A stretch of 64,000 nucleotides of DNA from Bacteroidales bacterium (GTDB lineage: Bacteria; Bacteroidota; Bacteroidia; Bacteroidales; UBA3824). The stretch spans positions 17,367 through 81,366 of the forward strand of contig JAZQPB010000156.1 of the NCBI GenBank assembly GCA_045628165.1. Reading direction: 5' to 3'. Positions 44,685 to 53,125 of the stretch are shown here, piece by piece (the first letter of the stretch is position 1; every line of letters begins with the position of its first letter). The translations under genes and the position numbers were made by a program. Below the pieces are notes generated by a model. It did not search any database and was not told the origin of the DNA. It saw nothing but the letters and a program-made list of their open reading frames with translations.

Positions 44685-45284
44685 CTACTTAACGTTTCTT
44701 AAAGCAAATTTTATGAGGTCCTCGGTGCTCATTCTCGGGTTGGAAGCCAAAGCCTGGTCTATTGCCTTGTCGGCCTGGGCCTTCTGGTATCCGAGCATTA
44801 CGAGAGCAGCCAGAGCCTCCTCGCGGTGGGTGCCGGTGGCCTGAATGCTGGCAGTACCGGCGGCTCCGTCCGCTACATCGGCCTTGGCTATCTTGTCCTT
44901 GAGCTCTATTACCACACGCTGGGCGGTCTTTGGGCCAATGCCCTTAACCTTGCCTATGAGCTTGGCGTTTTCCTGGAGGATGGCGGCCTGCAGCTCTGCC
45001 GGACTCATAGACGAGAGTATCACCCTCGCCGTATTTGGGCCTATGCCCGATACATCTATCAGCATGCGGAATATCTCGCGCTCGCTCTTATCGGCAAAAC
45101 CGTAGAGCTGCTGTGTGTCTTCCCTCACAACGTGGTGGACATATAATTTTGCTTTTTCCTGATTCTCGAGCTGAGAATAGGTGTTCAATGATATGTTGAT
45201 GAGCCAGCCAATGCCGCCGCCATTTTCCACAACGGCGTACGACGGATTGAGCTCGGCCAAAATTCCTGATATGTATTCGTACAT
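44685..45284 (-). CDS. ruvA: Holliday junction branch migration complex subunit RuvA
   Basis: MYEYISGIL...GIGWLINIS N-terminal OB domain, HhH motifs (VSGIGPNTA, VKGIGPKTA) and a C-terminal domain III. Confidence 0.9.
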   Translation of the reverse strand: MYEYISGILAELNPSYAVVENGGGIGWLINISLNTYSQLENQEKAKLYVHHVVREDTQQLYGFADKSEREIFRMLIDVSGIGPNTARVILSSMSPAELQAAILQENAKLIGKVKGIGPKTAQRVVIELKDKIAKADVADGAAGTASIQATGTHREEALAALVMLGYQKAQADKAIDQALASNPRMSTEDLIKFALRNVK

Positions 45285-45299
45285 GGTATTATTGATTAC

Positions 45300-45920
45300 T
45301 TACAATTCTCCATTCTCTATCCTTATGATGATATCCTCTATCATGCGGTCCTCCAGGGTGGCATCGTATTCGGATTTCAGGTTGCTGCCAAAGAGACGGG
45401 CAATTCCCTGAAACAGAAACGCGTTGAAACCGCCCTTCAGGTCCTTGAGCACCTCGTAGGTAGTGCTGCCGGTCTCGCGGTCCACCAGCTTTATGAGTAT
45501 ACGTCCCTGAGTGATGCTCAGGTGCACGAGCTCGTCCTCAAACTGGGCGCGGAGCTTTTTCTCCTGGGCTTTCACAAACTCCTTCTGCTGTTTCTCGGTA
45601 GGAATCTTGGATATCGAATCGGTAAGCTCGCGGTATACTTTCTTGATGAGCCTGGCGTATGGCCAAACTTTCTTTACATTGTAAGTAAGCCTGTCGTAAG
45701 CCTGCTTCTGACGCTTGGTGCGCAGGTTCAGCTTCGGCTTTATCACAACAGGATAATGCTGCACCAAGATTATGGTATCCTGATTCTCTATCCTTGCGGC
45801 GTATGTCCTGGCCCTTGCTACACGCTCCGGATCCTTGAGCTCATCGCCCTGGAGTATTATCTGCGCACGGCCAGCCGCCGACATCAAAAACATAATCGCC
45901 AACAATAGCAATTTTTTCAT
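45300..45920 (-). CDS. DUF4294-like secreted protein
   Basis: Signal peptide MKKLLLLAIMFLMSAAGRAQ. The segment LTYNVKKVWPYA resembles DUF4294. Confidence 0.55.
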   Translation of the reverse strand: MKKLLLLAIMFLMSAAGRAQIILQGDELKDPERVARARTYAARIENQDTIILVQHYPVVIKPKLNLRTKRQKQAYDRLTYNVKKVWPYARLIKKVYRELTDSISKIPTEKQQKEFVKAQEKKLRAQFEDELVHLSITQGRILIKLVDRETGSTTYEVLKDLKGGFNAFLFQGIARLFGSNLKSEYDATLEDRMIEDIIIRIENGEL

Positions 45921-45967
45921 ACTTATTCTCGATTAATTACAATAATCCTAATTTATAAAATTTGATA

Positions 45968-45975
45968 CAAAAGTA
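45968..45975 (-). promoter_or_regulatory. -7 promoter box (TACTTTTG on minus strand) for the DUF4294-ruvA-sprA transcription unit
   Basis: TAnnTTTG match 48 nt upstream of ATG 45920. Confidence 0.45.
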
Positions 45976-46010
45976 AGGTAATATCGGCACTTAACAATGT
46001 TAAATATTTG

Positions 46011-46018
46011 TATTTTTG
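46011..46018 (+). promoter_or_regulatory. -7 promoter box (TATTTTTG)
   Basis: TAnnTTTG match 49 nt upstream of ATG 46067. Confidence 0.45.
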
Positions 46019-46066
46019 AAAAAAAATCTGAAATTTGCAGGCCTAATAACAAAAAAACACAAAGAA

Positions 46067-46981
46067 ATGATAGCTCCACACCTACATCACGGCGATACAA
46101 TAGGCATCATAGCGCCCGCCGGCCCCATCAGCGAGGCACAGCTCCACAGCGCCGAGGGCAAGATACTCCATGCCGGATACAAGCCATTGGCAGCTGATGG
46201 CGTTTTGTTGCGCAACGGCTATCTCGCCGGCAGCGACGAGGCCCGCGCCCATCAGATAAACACCATGTTTGCAAATCCCGACGTAAAGGCAATTATCTGT
46301 GCGCGAGGCGGATACGGAACCACACGCATACTGGACCTCCTGGATTACGACCTCATAGCCCGCAACCCCAAAATCATAGGCGGATACTCCGACATCACCG
46401 CGCTCACAATGGCCATCTGGAAGAAAACCAACCTCGTGACATTCCACTCATCAATGCTGGTGCCCGAGGACACCGAATATACGCGAACCTCAATGTGGAA
46501 TATTTTCAGCCACGGATCCCGCGGATACAAGATACTGTGCGAGCCTGATACCGGCGACGGCGTGGTGATGAAAGCCGGACGCGCTCAGGGCACCCTCATA
46601 GGCGGCAATCTTACATTACTGGAGCAGCTGATAGGCACAAAATACGACTACACCCTCCACAACAAGATCCTCTTTGTGGAAGAGATAAACGAACCGCCCT
46701 ACAAGGTGGACCGTATGCTCACACACATCCGCAACACCAAAAACATGAGCGGACTCAAGGGAATAATCTTCGGCAAGATGCAGGGATGCGAGGCCCAGGG
46801 CGACAACAGCCTTGCCCTCCAGGAAGTTCTCAACGATTTTGTATCAGGACTCGATATCCCGGTAGTAAAAGATTTCAGCTTCGGCCACGTAAAATCGCGA
46901 TGCACCCTTCCCGTTGGAGCCAAAGTGTCTCTTCGCACCGACAAGATGGAAATCCGCCTGCTGGAAGACGTGGTGATGTAA
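46067..46981 (+). CDS. LD-carboxypeptidase (peptidase S66, muramoyltetrapeptide carboxypeptidase-like)
   Basis: GDTIGIIAPAGP, ARGGYG and GYSDITAL motifs. Start set at ATG 46067, because the track's TTG start overlaps the promoter box. Confidence 0.8.
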   Translation: MIAPHLHHGDTIGIIAPAGPISEAQLHSAEGKILHAGYKPLAADGVLLRNGYLAGSDEARAHQINTMFANPDVKAIICARGGYGTTRILDLLDYDLIARNPKIIGGYSDITALTMAIWKKTNLVTFHSSMLVPEDTEYTRTSMWNIFSHGSRGYKILCEPDTGDGVVMKAGRAQGTLIGGNLTLLEQLIGTKYDYTLHNKILFVEEINEPPYKVDRMLTHIRNTKNMSGLKGIIFGKMQGCEAQGDNSLALQEVLNDFVSGLDIPVVKDFSFGHVKSRCTLPVGAKVSLRTDKMEIRLLEDVVM

Positions 46982-47005
46982 AGAGTAAAGCTTAAAGTGT
47001 AAAGT

Positions 47006-48109
47006 TTAAAGACTCTCCTCCCATTCGTATCTTGAATTTCTGCGGCAAGGGATAAAGCCTGCCTCGCGGATGGCCACCACCATCTCGTTTTTATCGAGCG
47101 AATAGTTGGCTCCGGCCGACGACACCACGTGCTCCTCCATCATTATGGACCCGAAGTCGTTGGCGCCCGAGTGCAGGCAAACCTGTGCCACACCCTTTCC
47201 CACCGTAAGCCACGAGGCTTGTATATTCTTGATATTGGTAAGCATAATTCTCGATATCGCAATCATGCGGACATATTCGTCGCCCGAGATTCTGGCAAAC
47301 GCGCCCATTTCCTTCTCCAGGCGAGTGCCCTCGCTCCAGAAGGGCCAGGGAATAAAGGTAATGAAGCCCTCGGAATAGTCAGGCTTGCGGCTCTGAGTAT
47401 CGCGGAGAGCCACAAGGTGCTCTATGCGTTCACGCACGGTCTCCACGTGGCCGAACATCATAGTGGCCGAAGTGGCGAGGTTTAGCACATGAGCCTGATG
47501 CATTACCTCAAGCCATTCGGAGGCAGAGCATTTGGCCGGCGATACTATTCTGCGCACTCTGTCTACAAGAATCTCGGCCCCCGCGCCCGGCAGACTGTCG
47601 AGTCCCGATTCGTGAAGTGCCTTCAATGTATCATAATACGAGAGATTGCTTGTCTTGCTCAGATAAGCCACCTCGGCCGGGCCCAAAGCATGAAGTATCA
47701 GGCCGGGAAATTCACGTTTCAGCTGATAAAAAAGATTTGTATAGAAATCGAGACCCATATCCTTGTTCATGCCGCCCTGAAGCAGAATCTGACGTCCTCC
47801 GGCGGCGAATAGCTCGTTAATCTTCTGCTTGTATTCGTCCATGGTAGTTACGTAAGCATCAGGCGCATTCTTGCTTCTCGAAAAATTACAGAACTTGCAT
47901 CTCGTGGAGCAGATATTCGATAGGTTGATGTTGCGGTCTATTATCCAGCCCACCTTCCGGCGGTCGGCCTCGGGACGCAACTTGTTCTTGATCTCGTTGG
48001 CCACATACGACAGCGCGGCCAACGGCGCGTGGTTATACAAATATTCGCCCTCATCCACTGAGAGGGGCTCCAGATTCAATGCTCTTGAAAGTAATTCTTC
48101 GATATTCAT
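47006..48109 (-). CDS. Radical SAM enzyme of the CofH/MqnC/MqnE family
   Basis: CSTRCKFCNF cluster motif (CxxxCxxC) and about 367 aa with the layout of futalosine-pathway MqnC/MqnE-type enzymes. Start set at ATG 48109 (MNIEELL). Confidence 0.65.
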   Translation of the reverse strand: MNIEELLSRALNLEPLSVDEGEYLYNHAPLAALSYVANEIKNKLRPEADRRKVGWIIDRNINLSNICSTRCKFCNFSRSKNAPDAYVTTMDEYKQKINELFAAGGRQILLQGGMNKDMGLDFYTNLFYQLKREFPGLILHALGPAEVAYLSKTSNLSYYDTLKALHESGLDSLPGAGAEILVDRVRRIVSPAKCSASEWLEVMHQAHVLNLATSATMMFGHVETVRERIEHLVALRDTQSRKPDYSEGFITFIPWPFWSEGTRLEKEMGAFARISGDEYVRMIAISRIMLTNIKNIQASWLTVGKGVAQVCLHSGANDFGSIMMEEHVVSSAGANYSLDKNEMVVAIREAGFIPCRRNSRYEWEESL

Positions 48110-48132
48110 GGCTGCTGTAATAAAATTTGGGA

Positions 48133-48159
48133 CAAATTTACAAAAAGTTTGTAAATTTG
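48133..48159. promoter_or_regulatory. Divergent -7 boxes (CAAATTTA for the minus gene, TAAATTTG for the plus gene)
   Basis: TAnnTTTG matches 24 nt upstream of ATG 48109 (minus) and 24 nt upstream of ATG 48183 (plus). Confidence 0.45.
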
Positions 48160-48182
48160 TAACCAAATAAAAAAAACTACAA

Positions 48183-48917
48183 ATGCTGAAAAAATTTGCA
48201 CTATTAGCTGCCACAGTAACAATGCTGCTGACATCTTGCGGAAACCAGAATCCGCCGCTATCGGAGGACGAATGCGCCCAGGCGATATTCGAGATTCACC
48301 GCGCCGACGCCATAATGACCCTTAAGGGACTCAGCGACAGCAATCTGAACAACGATTCGCTATCGTACTACAACTACGTATTCGCCAAACTGGGTATCAG
48401 CCGGAGGGATTTTATGGATGCCATCCGCTGGTACATAAACCATCCCGAAAAATACAAAAGAGTATACAAAAAGGCCATAAAGATAACAAGCCAATACGAG
48501 CAGAGCGAGCGCGCAAGATACGAGATAAATACCGAGCGCGAGCCCAACGACATCTGGGACATGAAGAAGAACTGGAACCTTCCGCTGGACGGCGAAAAAA
48601 ATCCTATCTCGTTCAATATCAAGGCCAACGGCCCCGGACTCTACACTCTGGGCGCCGACATCACGTATTACAAGGACGACCAAACCATAGAGCCGGCCAT
48701 GACCCTGATAGTGGAATACGAGGACGGATCGATAACCCGCAACTCGGTAATCGACATCCTGAAAGACGGCAAGGAACGCCACATAGAGGTAATGCTGGAG
48801 GCCGACTCAAGCAAAAAAATCAACTGCCTGCGCGGCTGGGTGCTCGACCACTCGAGCGAGACCGAGAGCAAGCACATAGACTGCTACAACATTACCCTGA
48901 AGCGCACCAAAGAATAA
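48183..48917 (+). CDS. Lipoprotein, function unknown (DUF4296-like N-terminus suspected)
   Basis: Lipobox LLTSC after a signal peptide; 244 aa. Confidence 0.55.
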   Translation: MLKKFALLAATVTMLLTSCGNQNPPLSEDECAQAIFEIHRADAIMTLKGLSDSNLNNDSLSYYNYVFAKLGISRRDFMDAIRWYINHPEKYKRVYKKAIKITSQYEQSERARYEINTEREPNDIWDMKKNWNLPLDGEKNPISFNIKANGPGLYTLGADITYYKDDQTIEPAMTLIVEYEDGSITRNSVIDILKDGKERHIEVMLEADSSKKINCLRGWVLDHSSETESKHIDCYNITLKRTKE

Positions 48918-48920
48918 TAG

Positions 48921-49643
48921 ATGGAGAAAACCGAAGCCATAGTACTGCACGTCTCTAAATTCGGCGACAACAAGCTGATAGTAAACACTTTCAGCAAGCA
49001 TCACGGCAGAATGTCGTTTTCGGTGGTGATACCATCATCCAGAAACAAGGCATCTGCCCTGCCCTACTGCCAGCCGCTGTTCCAAAACGAGATAGAATAC
49101 ACCGGAGCCAACGGCGCGGGCATACGCAAGGCCAGCAAGATAACGCCAAGCCGCACGTATTCCACGATACCGTTCAGCATGGGGAAGACTGCCGTAGTGA
49201 TGTTTTTAGCTGAAATGCTATCGAGAGTGCTCTCCTACTCGGAGGAAAACGAGACCATGTACGAATACATAGCCACCAGCCTCAAGATACTGGACCAGCC
49301 CGAATACAGCGGAAAAAACTTCCATCTGAAATTTCTGATGCAGCTGGCCAAGTACATGGGTTTCTATCCGGGCAACAGATACTCGGAACAGAGGCCGAGT
49401 TTCGATCTCGCCAAATCGATGTTTGTGGAAGACAACATTGGAGTTCCGCATCTGATAAGGCCACCTTACGGCAAGATTTTCAGCCAGATGCTTGACACCG
49501 ACATTATCAGCTGCGAAAACATCGACCTAAGCGGCGGCGAGAGAAGTTTTCTGCTGGAAAAAATCATAGAGTATTACGCCTACCGCTTCGACAACCTGAG
49601 CAACATCCGGAGCCTGGACGTACTGCAAACAGTATTTCATTAA
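48921..49643 (+). CDS. recO: DNA repair protein RecO
   Basis: 240 aa. The N-terminal OB-like segment EAIVLHVSKFGDNKLIVNTFSKHHGRMSF is typical of RecO. Confidence 0.8.
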   Translation: MEKTEAIVLHVSKFGDNKLIVNTFSKHHGRMSFSVVIPSSRNKASALPYCQPLFQNEIEYTGANGAGIRKASKITPSRTYSTIPFSMGKTAVVMFLAEMLSRVLSYSEENETMYEYIATSLKILDQPEYSGKNFHLKFLMQLAKYMGFYPGNRYSEQRPSFDLAKSMFVEDNIGVPHLIRPPYGKIFSQMLDTDIISCENIDLSGGERSFLLEKIIEYYAYRFDNLSNIRSLDVLQTVFH

Positions 49644-49670
49644 ACAACAAAACATAAAAATCGACAAACC

Positions 49671-50129
49671 ATGAAAATGAACTTGGTAATCGGACAGGGC
49701 ATCGGCCCTGCCAAATTCCTCATGACAGAGGAGGAAATAGTAGACCTGTTCGGCAATCCGGACGACAGAGAAGTAGAAGACTACGGCGACGGCAAGACCC
49801 TCACCCTATTCTACGACACAATGATGACAGACTTCAGCTTTGAGCTCGATGAGGACGAAAACGGCAACGAACTCTACAAGCTGAGCTCGATACTCTGCGT
49901 AAATCCCGAATACACTCTCGACAACAAGATAAAATTCGGAGACAGCGAGGAGCAGTTCATCAAATACACGCACAACCTCAAAGCCGCCGACCCGCAGGTG
50001 GAAATCGACCAGGAAACCAAGGAAAGAATCCTGTATTTCGACGATCTGAGCCTGATGGCAATTTTTGACGACGAGGGCCTTTCCACCATCCAGATAGGCT
50101 ACTGGGAAGAGGAAGACGAAGACGAGTAG
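49671..50129 (+). CDS. Small acidic protein, function unknown
   Basis: 152-aa ORF, D/E-rich, no signal peptide. Confidence 0.5.
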   Translation: MKMNLVIGQGIGPAKFLMTEEEIVDLFGNPDDREVEDYGDGKTLTLFYDTMMTDFSFELDEDENGNELYKLSSILCVNPEYTLDNKIKFGDSEEQFIKYTHNLKAADPQVEIDQETKERILYFDDLSLMAIFDDEGLSTIQIGYWEEEDEDE

Positions 50130-50169
50130 ACATCCTGCACTAAAGGTTAAATAAAACACTCAAAAGCCA

Positions 50170-51840
50170 ATGAAAATCAAAAAAATATTCAAAACGGCAA
50201 TAGTTGGAATATTGGCTCTTATTATCGCCATCAGGCCAGCTAAAAGCCATGCCCAGGGGTTCGACGACGAAGACGATTTTGAGCTGATAAAGAATCTCGA
50301 GATTTTCCACACGCTGATGCAGAATGTAAGGATAATGTACGTAGACGAGGTATCGAGCGGCGAGCTGATAAAGACCGCCATGGACAAGATGCTGGAAAGC
50401 ATCGACCCATACACAGTATACTATCCCGAATCGCTGGTGGAGGATGTAAGATTCATGCACACAGGCGGATACGCCGGCGTAGGAATAGAGGTGATACGCA
50501 TAGGCGACGACGTGACGATAAACGCCGTGCACAAAGACTCGCCGGCCGACAAAGCGGGCCTGATGATAGGCGACAAGATAATCTCCATAAACGGCAAGGA
50601 CACCAGGGGAAAATCGCACGACGACCTGGACCTCATAATAAAAGGACAACCGGGCACCAATGCCAACTTCACAATAGAGCACAACGGCAAGATAACGACG
50701 GTGCCCATGAAGCGCGCCATCATCAAAATCCCGGACATCCCTTATTATGGTCTGGCAGCTGATGGGGTTGGATACATCAACCTGTCGAGTTTCACACAGG
50801 ACTGCAGCAAGGAATTCCAAAACGCATTCATGGAACTGAAAAACGACAAGAAGATACAGAAACTTATCATCGACCTAAGAAACAATCCCGGCGGACTTCT
50901 CGTGGAGGCTGTCAAGATAATAAACATATTCATCAACAAGGGCGAATCAGTTGTGGATATGAGAGGTAGAGTAAGCGAATGGAACAAACTCTTCAAGACC
51001 GAGAGCGCACCGCTCGATACCGAAATCCCCATCGTAGTATTGGTGAACGGGCACTCGGCATCAGCTTCCGAGATAGTATCGGGCGCACTGCAGGATCTGG
51101 ACCGCGCGGTAATCCTCGGCGAAAAAACTTACGGCAAGGGATTGGTGCAGACCACAAGAGATCTCGTATTCAATTCCAAGATGAAAATCACCACCGCCAA
51201 ATACTACATCCCGTCGGGACGCTGCATACAGAAACTCGACTACTCGCACAAGGATTCCACCGGCAAGGCAAGCCAAATATCAGAATCGCAGGAACAGACA
51301 TTCAAGACAAAAAATGGCAGACCTGTAAAAGATGCAGGCGGCATAATGCCTGACATACTTATCAATTCTGACACTTTGTCATACTTTGTGGAAAATTTGA
51401 TGAACACACATCAGCTCTTCCACTACGCCAATGCCTACAGGCAGAAACATCCTGAAGCCCTAAGCCCGGAGGAATTCAATGTAACTGACAGCGACCTGGC
51501 AGATTTCAGACAATGGGCCGGAAACAAGATTTTCGACTACAAGACACCTGCCGACGAGGCGCTTGACGAATTGGAAAAACAAATTAAGGACGAGTACAAC
51601 GTTCCCGAAATAAAAAACAACATCAAAAGCCTCCGAGGACAGATATCAGCTCAGAAACAGAAAGAATTAGAGAACAACAGAGAAGAGCTCCGCATGGCCC
51701 TCGGCAGCGAGATTATCCGCCGGTACTATTACGACGAAGGAGTGCTGAGATACACATTGAAGCACGACCCCTTCATAGACCGGGCGCTGGAGATACTCAA
51801 CAACCCAGTTCTCTATAAAAAAACTTTATCGGTGAAATAG
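50170..51840 (+). CDS. S41-family C-terminal processing peptidase
   Basis: Signal peptide, a PDZ-like segment (SPADKAGLMIGDKIISING), DLRNNPGGLL, and catalytic-region motifs SASASEI and GEKTYGKG. Confidence 0.85.
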   Translation: MKIKKIFKTAIVGILALIIAIRPAKSHAQGFDDEDDFELIKNLEIFHTLMQNVRIMYVDEVSSGELIKTAMDKMLESIDPYTVYYPESLVEDVRFMHTGGYAGVGIEVIRIGDDVTINAVHKDSPADKAGLMIGDKIISINGKDTRGKSHDDLDLIIKGQPGTNANFTIEHNGKITTVPMKRAIIKIPDIPYYGLAADGVGYINLSSFTQDCSKEFQNAFMELKNDKKIQKLIIDLRNNPGGLLVEAVKIINIFINKGESVVDMRGRVSEWNKLFKTESAPLDTEIPIVVLVNGHSASASEIVSGALQDLDRAVILGEKTYGKGLVQTTRDLVFNSKMKITTAKYYIPSGRCIQKLDYSHKDSTGKASQISESQEQTFKTKNGRPVKDAGGIMPDILINSDTLSYFVENLMNTHQLFHYANAYRQKHPEALSPEEFNVTDSDLADFRQWAGNKIFDYKTPADEALDELEKQIKDEYNVPEIKNNIKSLRGQISAQKQKELENNREELRMALGSEIIRRYYYDEGVLRYTLKHDPFIDRALEILNNPVLYKKTLSVK

Positions 51841-52008
51841 AGAAACAAGCCCATGACGGGCACAAAACAAGGCGACCGCCACGATTTAACCCAAAATGTG
51901 AAATATTCTTAGAATCAAAAGATTATTCACGATAGCAAATATAAATTACAAAGAAAAAAGTTGTAAAAATATTCGCTTAAAGTTTTGCTTTATATAATAT
52001 TTTTTTCA

Positions 52009-52016
52009 TAACTTTG
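52009..52016 (+). promoter_or_regulatory. -7 promoter box (TAACTTTG)
   Basis: TAnnTTTG match 44 nt upstream of ATG 52060. Confidence 0.45.
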
Positions 52017-52059
52017 GGCAGTGAAAGTTTTTGGTATAATTTAACTATCACATTAAGTT

Positions 52060-52449
52060 ATGAGAGCAAAACTATTGATGATGTTCGTAGCGATTGTTCT
52101 TATTGCCAGTGCTTGTCAAATAAAGAGAGAAATGCTAACATTAGACATCCCTTCCATCACGATCAAGGAAGTCAACGTTATCAATTCTGACAAGGGCAAA
52201 GTAATCTGCTACACAATTAATCTTTATTCGCCTTCATCGCTTAGTGAGTTTGTTGCCATACCAAATATCGCAACGGAAGAAGAGGATGAAATCACCACAT
52301 TCAAGTTCGACAACCACACACGCCGGGCTACAGTCTACTATTTCCTGCCCGTATCGGAAATGGTGAACCCAGATGAGGTAAGCATCCGATTCCTGCTTAA
52401 CAACTCGACCACAGAGGTAAGCAACATGGCATTATTTTGCTCACTCTAA
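52060..52449 (+). CDS. Small lipoprotein, function unknown
   Basis: Signal peptide with IASAC lipobox; 129 aa. Confidence 0.5.
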   Translation: MRAKLLMMFVAIVLIASACQIKREMLTLDIPSITIKEVNVINSDKGKVICYTINLYSPSSLSEFVAIPNIATEEEDEITTFKFDNHTRRATVYYFLPVSEMVNPDEVSIRFLLNNSTTEVSNMALFCSL

Positions 52450-52565
52450 CGCGATTTTGGTAAAAAAATAACTTAAAAATTGCAAGTTTGGCATAATTTT
52501 TATTACATTTAAGGGTAGTAAAATTTAAGATTACGAACAGCAATAAAGCATAAACTCAATAAGCC

Positions 52566-52958
52566 ATGATAGATCACTTGATTTTAGAACAGTCGGTAGA
52601 CACCCCGGGTGTAGATATGGACCCAAACACAGGTGTTTGCGAATTTACAGGTAAGTCGTTCCCTGCGGACGTCACTGCATTCTATCAGCCAGTAATCGAC
52701 TGGATTGATGAATACAGCAAGAATCCTTGTGCAAAAACAGTCGTAAATCTCAAGTTGGACTATTTCAACACAGCATCGTCGAAGATTCTTCTCGAAATGT
52801 TCAACATGTGGGAAACTTTGTACAAAAACGGCAATGACGTTACTATCAACTGGCATTACCCAGATGACGATGAGGATATGGAGCAGACCGGTCAGGAATA
52901 CTCCGAGCTGCTGATGCTGCCTTTCAACAAGATTGGCTACACAGTACAGTTCTTCTAA
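52566..52958 (+). CDS. DUF1987 / SiaC-like partner-switch phosphoprotein
   Basis: 130 aa. The segments TPGVDMDPNTGVCEFTGKSFP and LDYFNTASSKILLEMF are typical of DUF1987. It lies directly upstream of a SpoIIE-type phosphatase. Confidence 0.65.
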   Translation: MIDHLILEQSVDTPGVDMDPNTGVCEFTGKSFPADVTAFYQPVIDWIDEYSKNPCAKTVVNLKLDYFNTASSKILLEMFNMWETLYKNGNDVTINWHYPDDDEDMEQTGQEYSELLMLPFNKIGYTVQFF

Positions 52959-53018
52959 TATCCCCAAAACATAAGATATTTTTTTTGTTTTTCCTTGTAC
53001 GTTTGATTTTTGAGTAGT

Positions 53019-53050
53019 AAGACCGGCCTAAGTGCCGGTCTTTTTTTTTA
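53019..53050 (+). terminator. Intrinsic terminator
   Basis: AAGACCGGC/GCCGGTCTT stem followed by T9. Confidence 0.75.
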
Positions 53051-53092
53051 TTTTTTTGTACAAGTTTCATTGGGTTTTACGCCAAATATAAA

Positions 53093-53100
53093 TATATTTG
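53093..53100 (+). promoter_or_regulatory. -7 promoter box (TATATTTG)
   Basis: TAnnTTTG match 26 nt upstream of ATG 53126. Confidence 0.5.
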
Positions 53101-53125
53101 CAGTTTAGCTAATAACACTTTAAAT

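Noticed and set aside
46016-46066. TTG-initiated extension of the LD-carboxypeptidase ORF
   Set aside because: The TTG lies within the -7 promoter box itself, so the ATG at 46067 is downstream of the likely transcription start.
50140-50820. 226-aa minus-strand ORF
   Set aside because: Antisense to the S41 peptidase gene.
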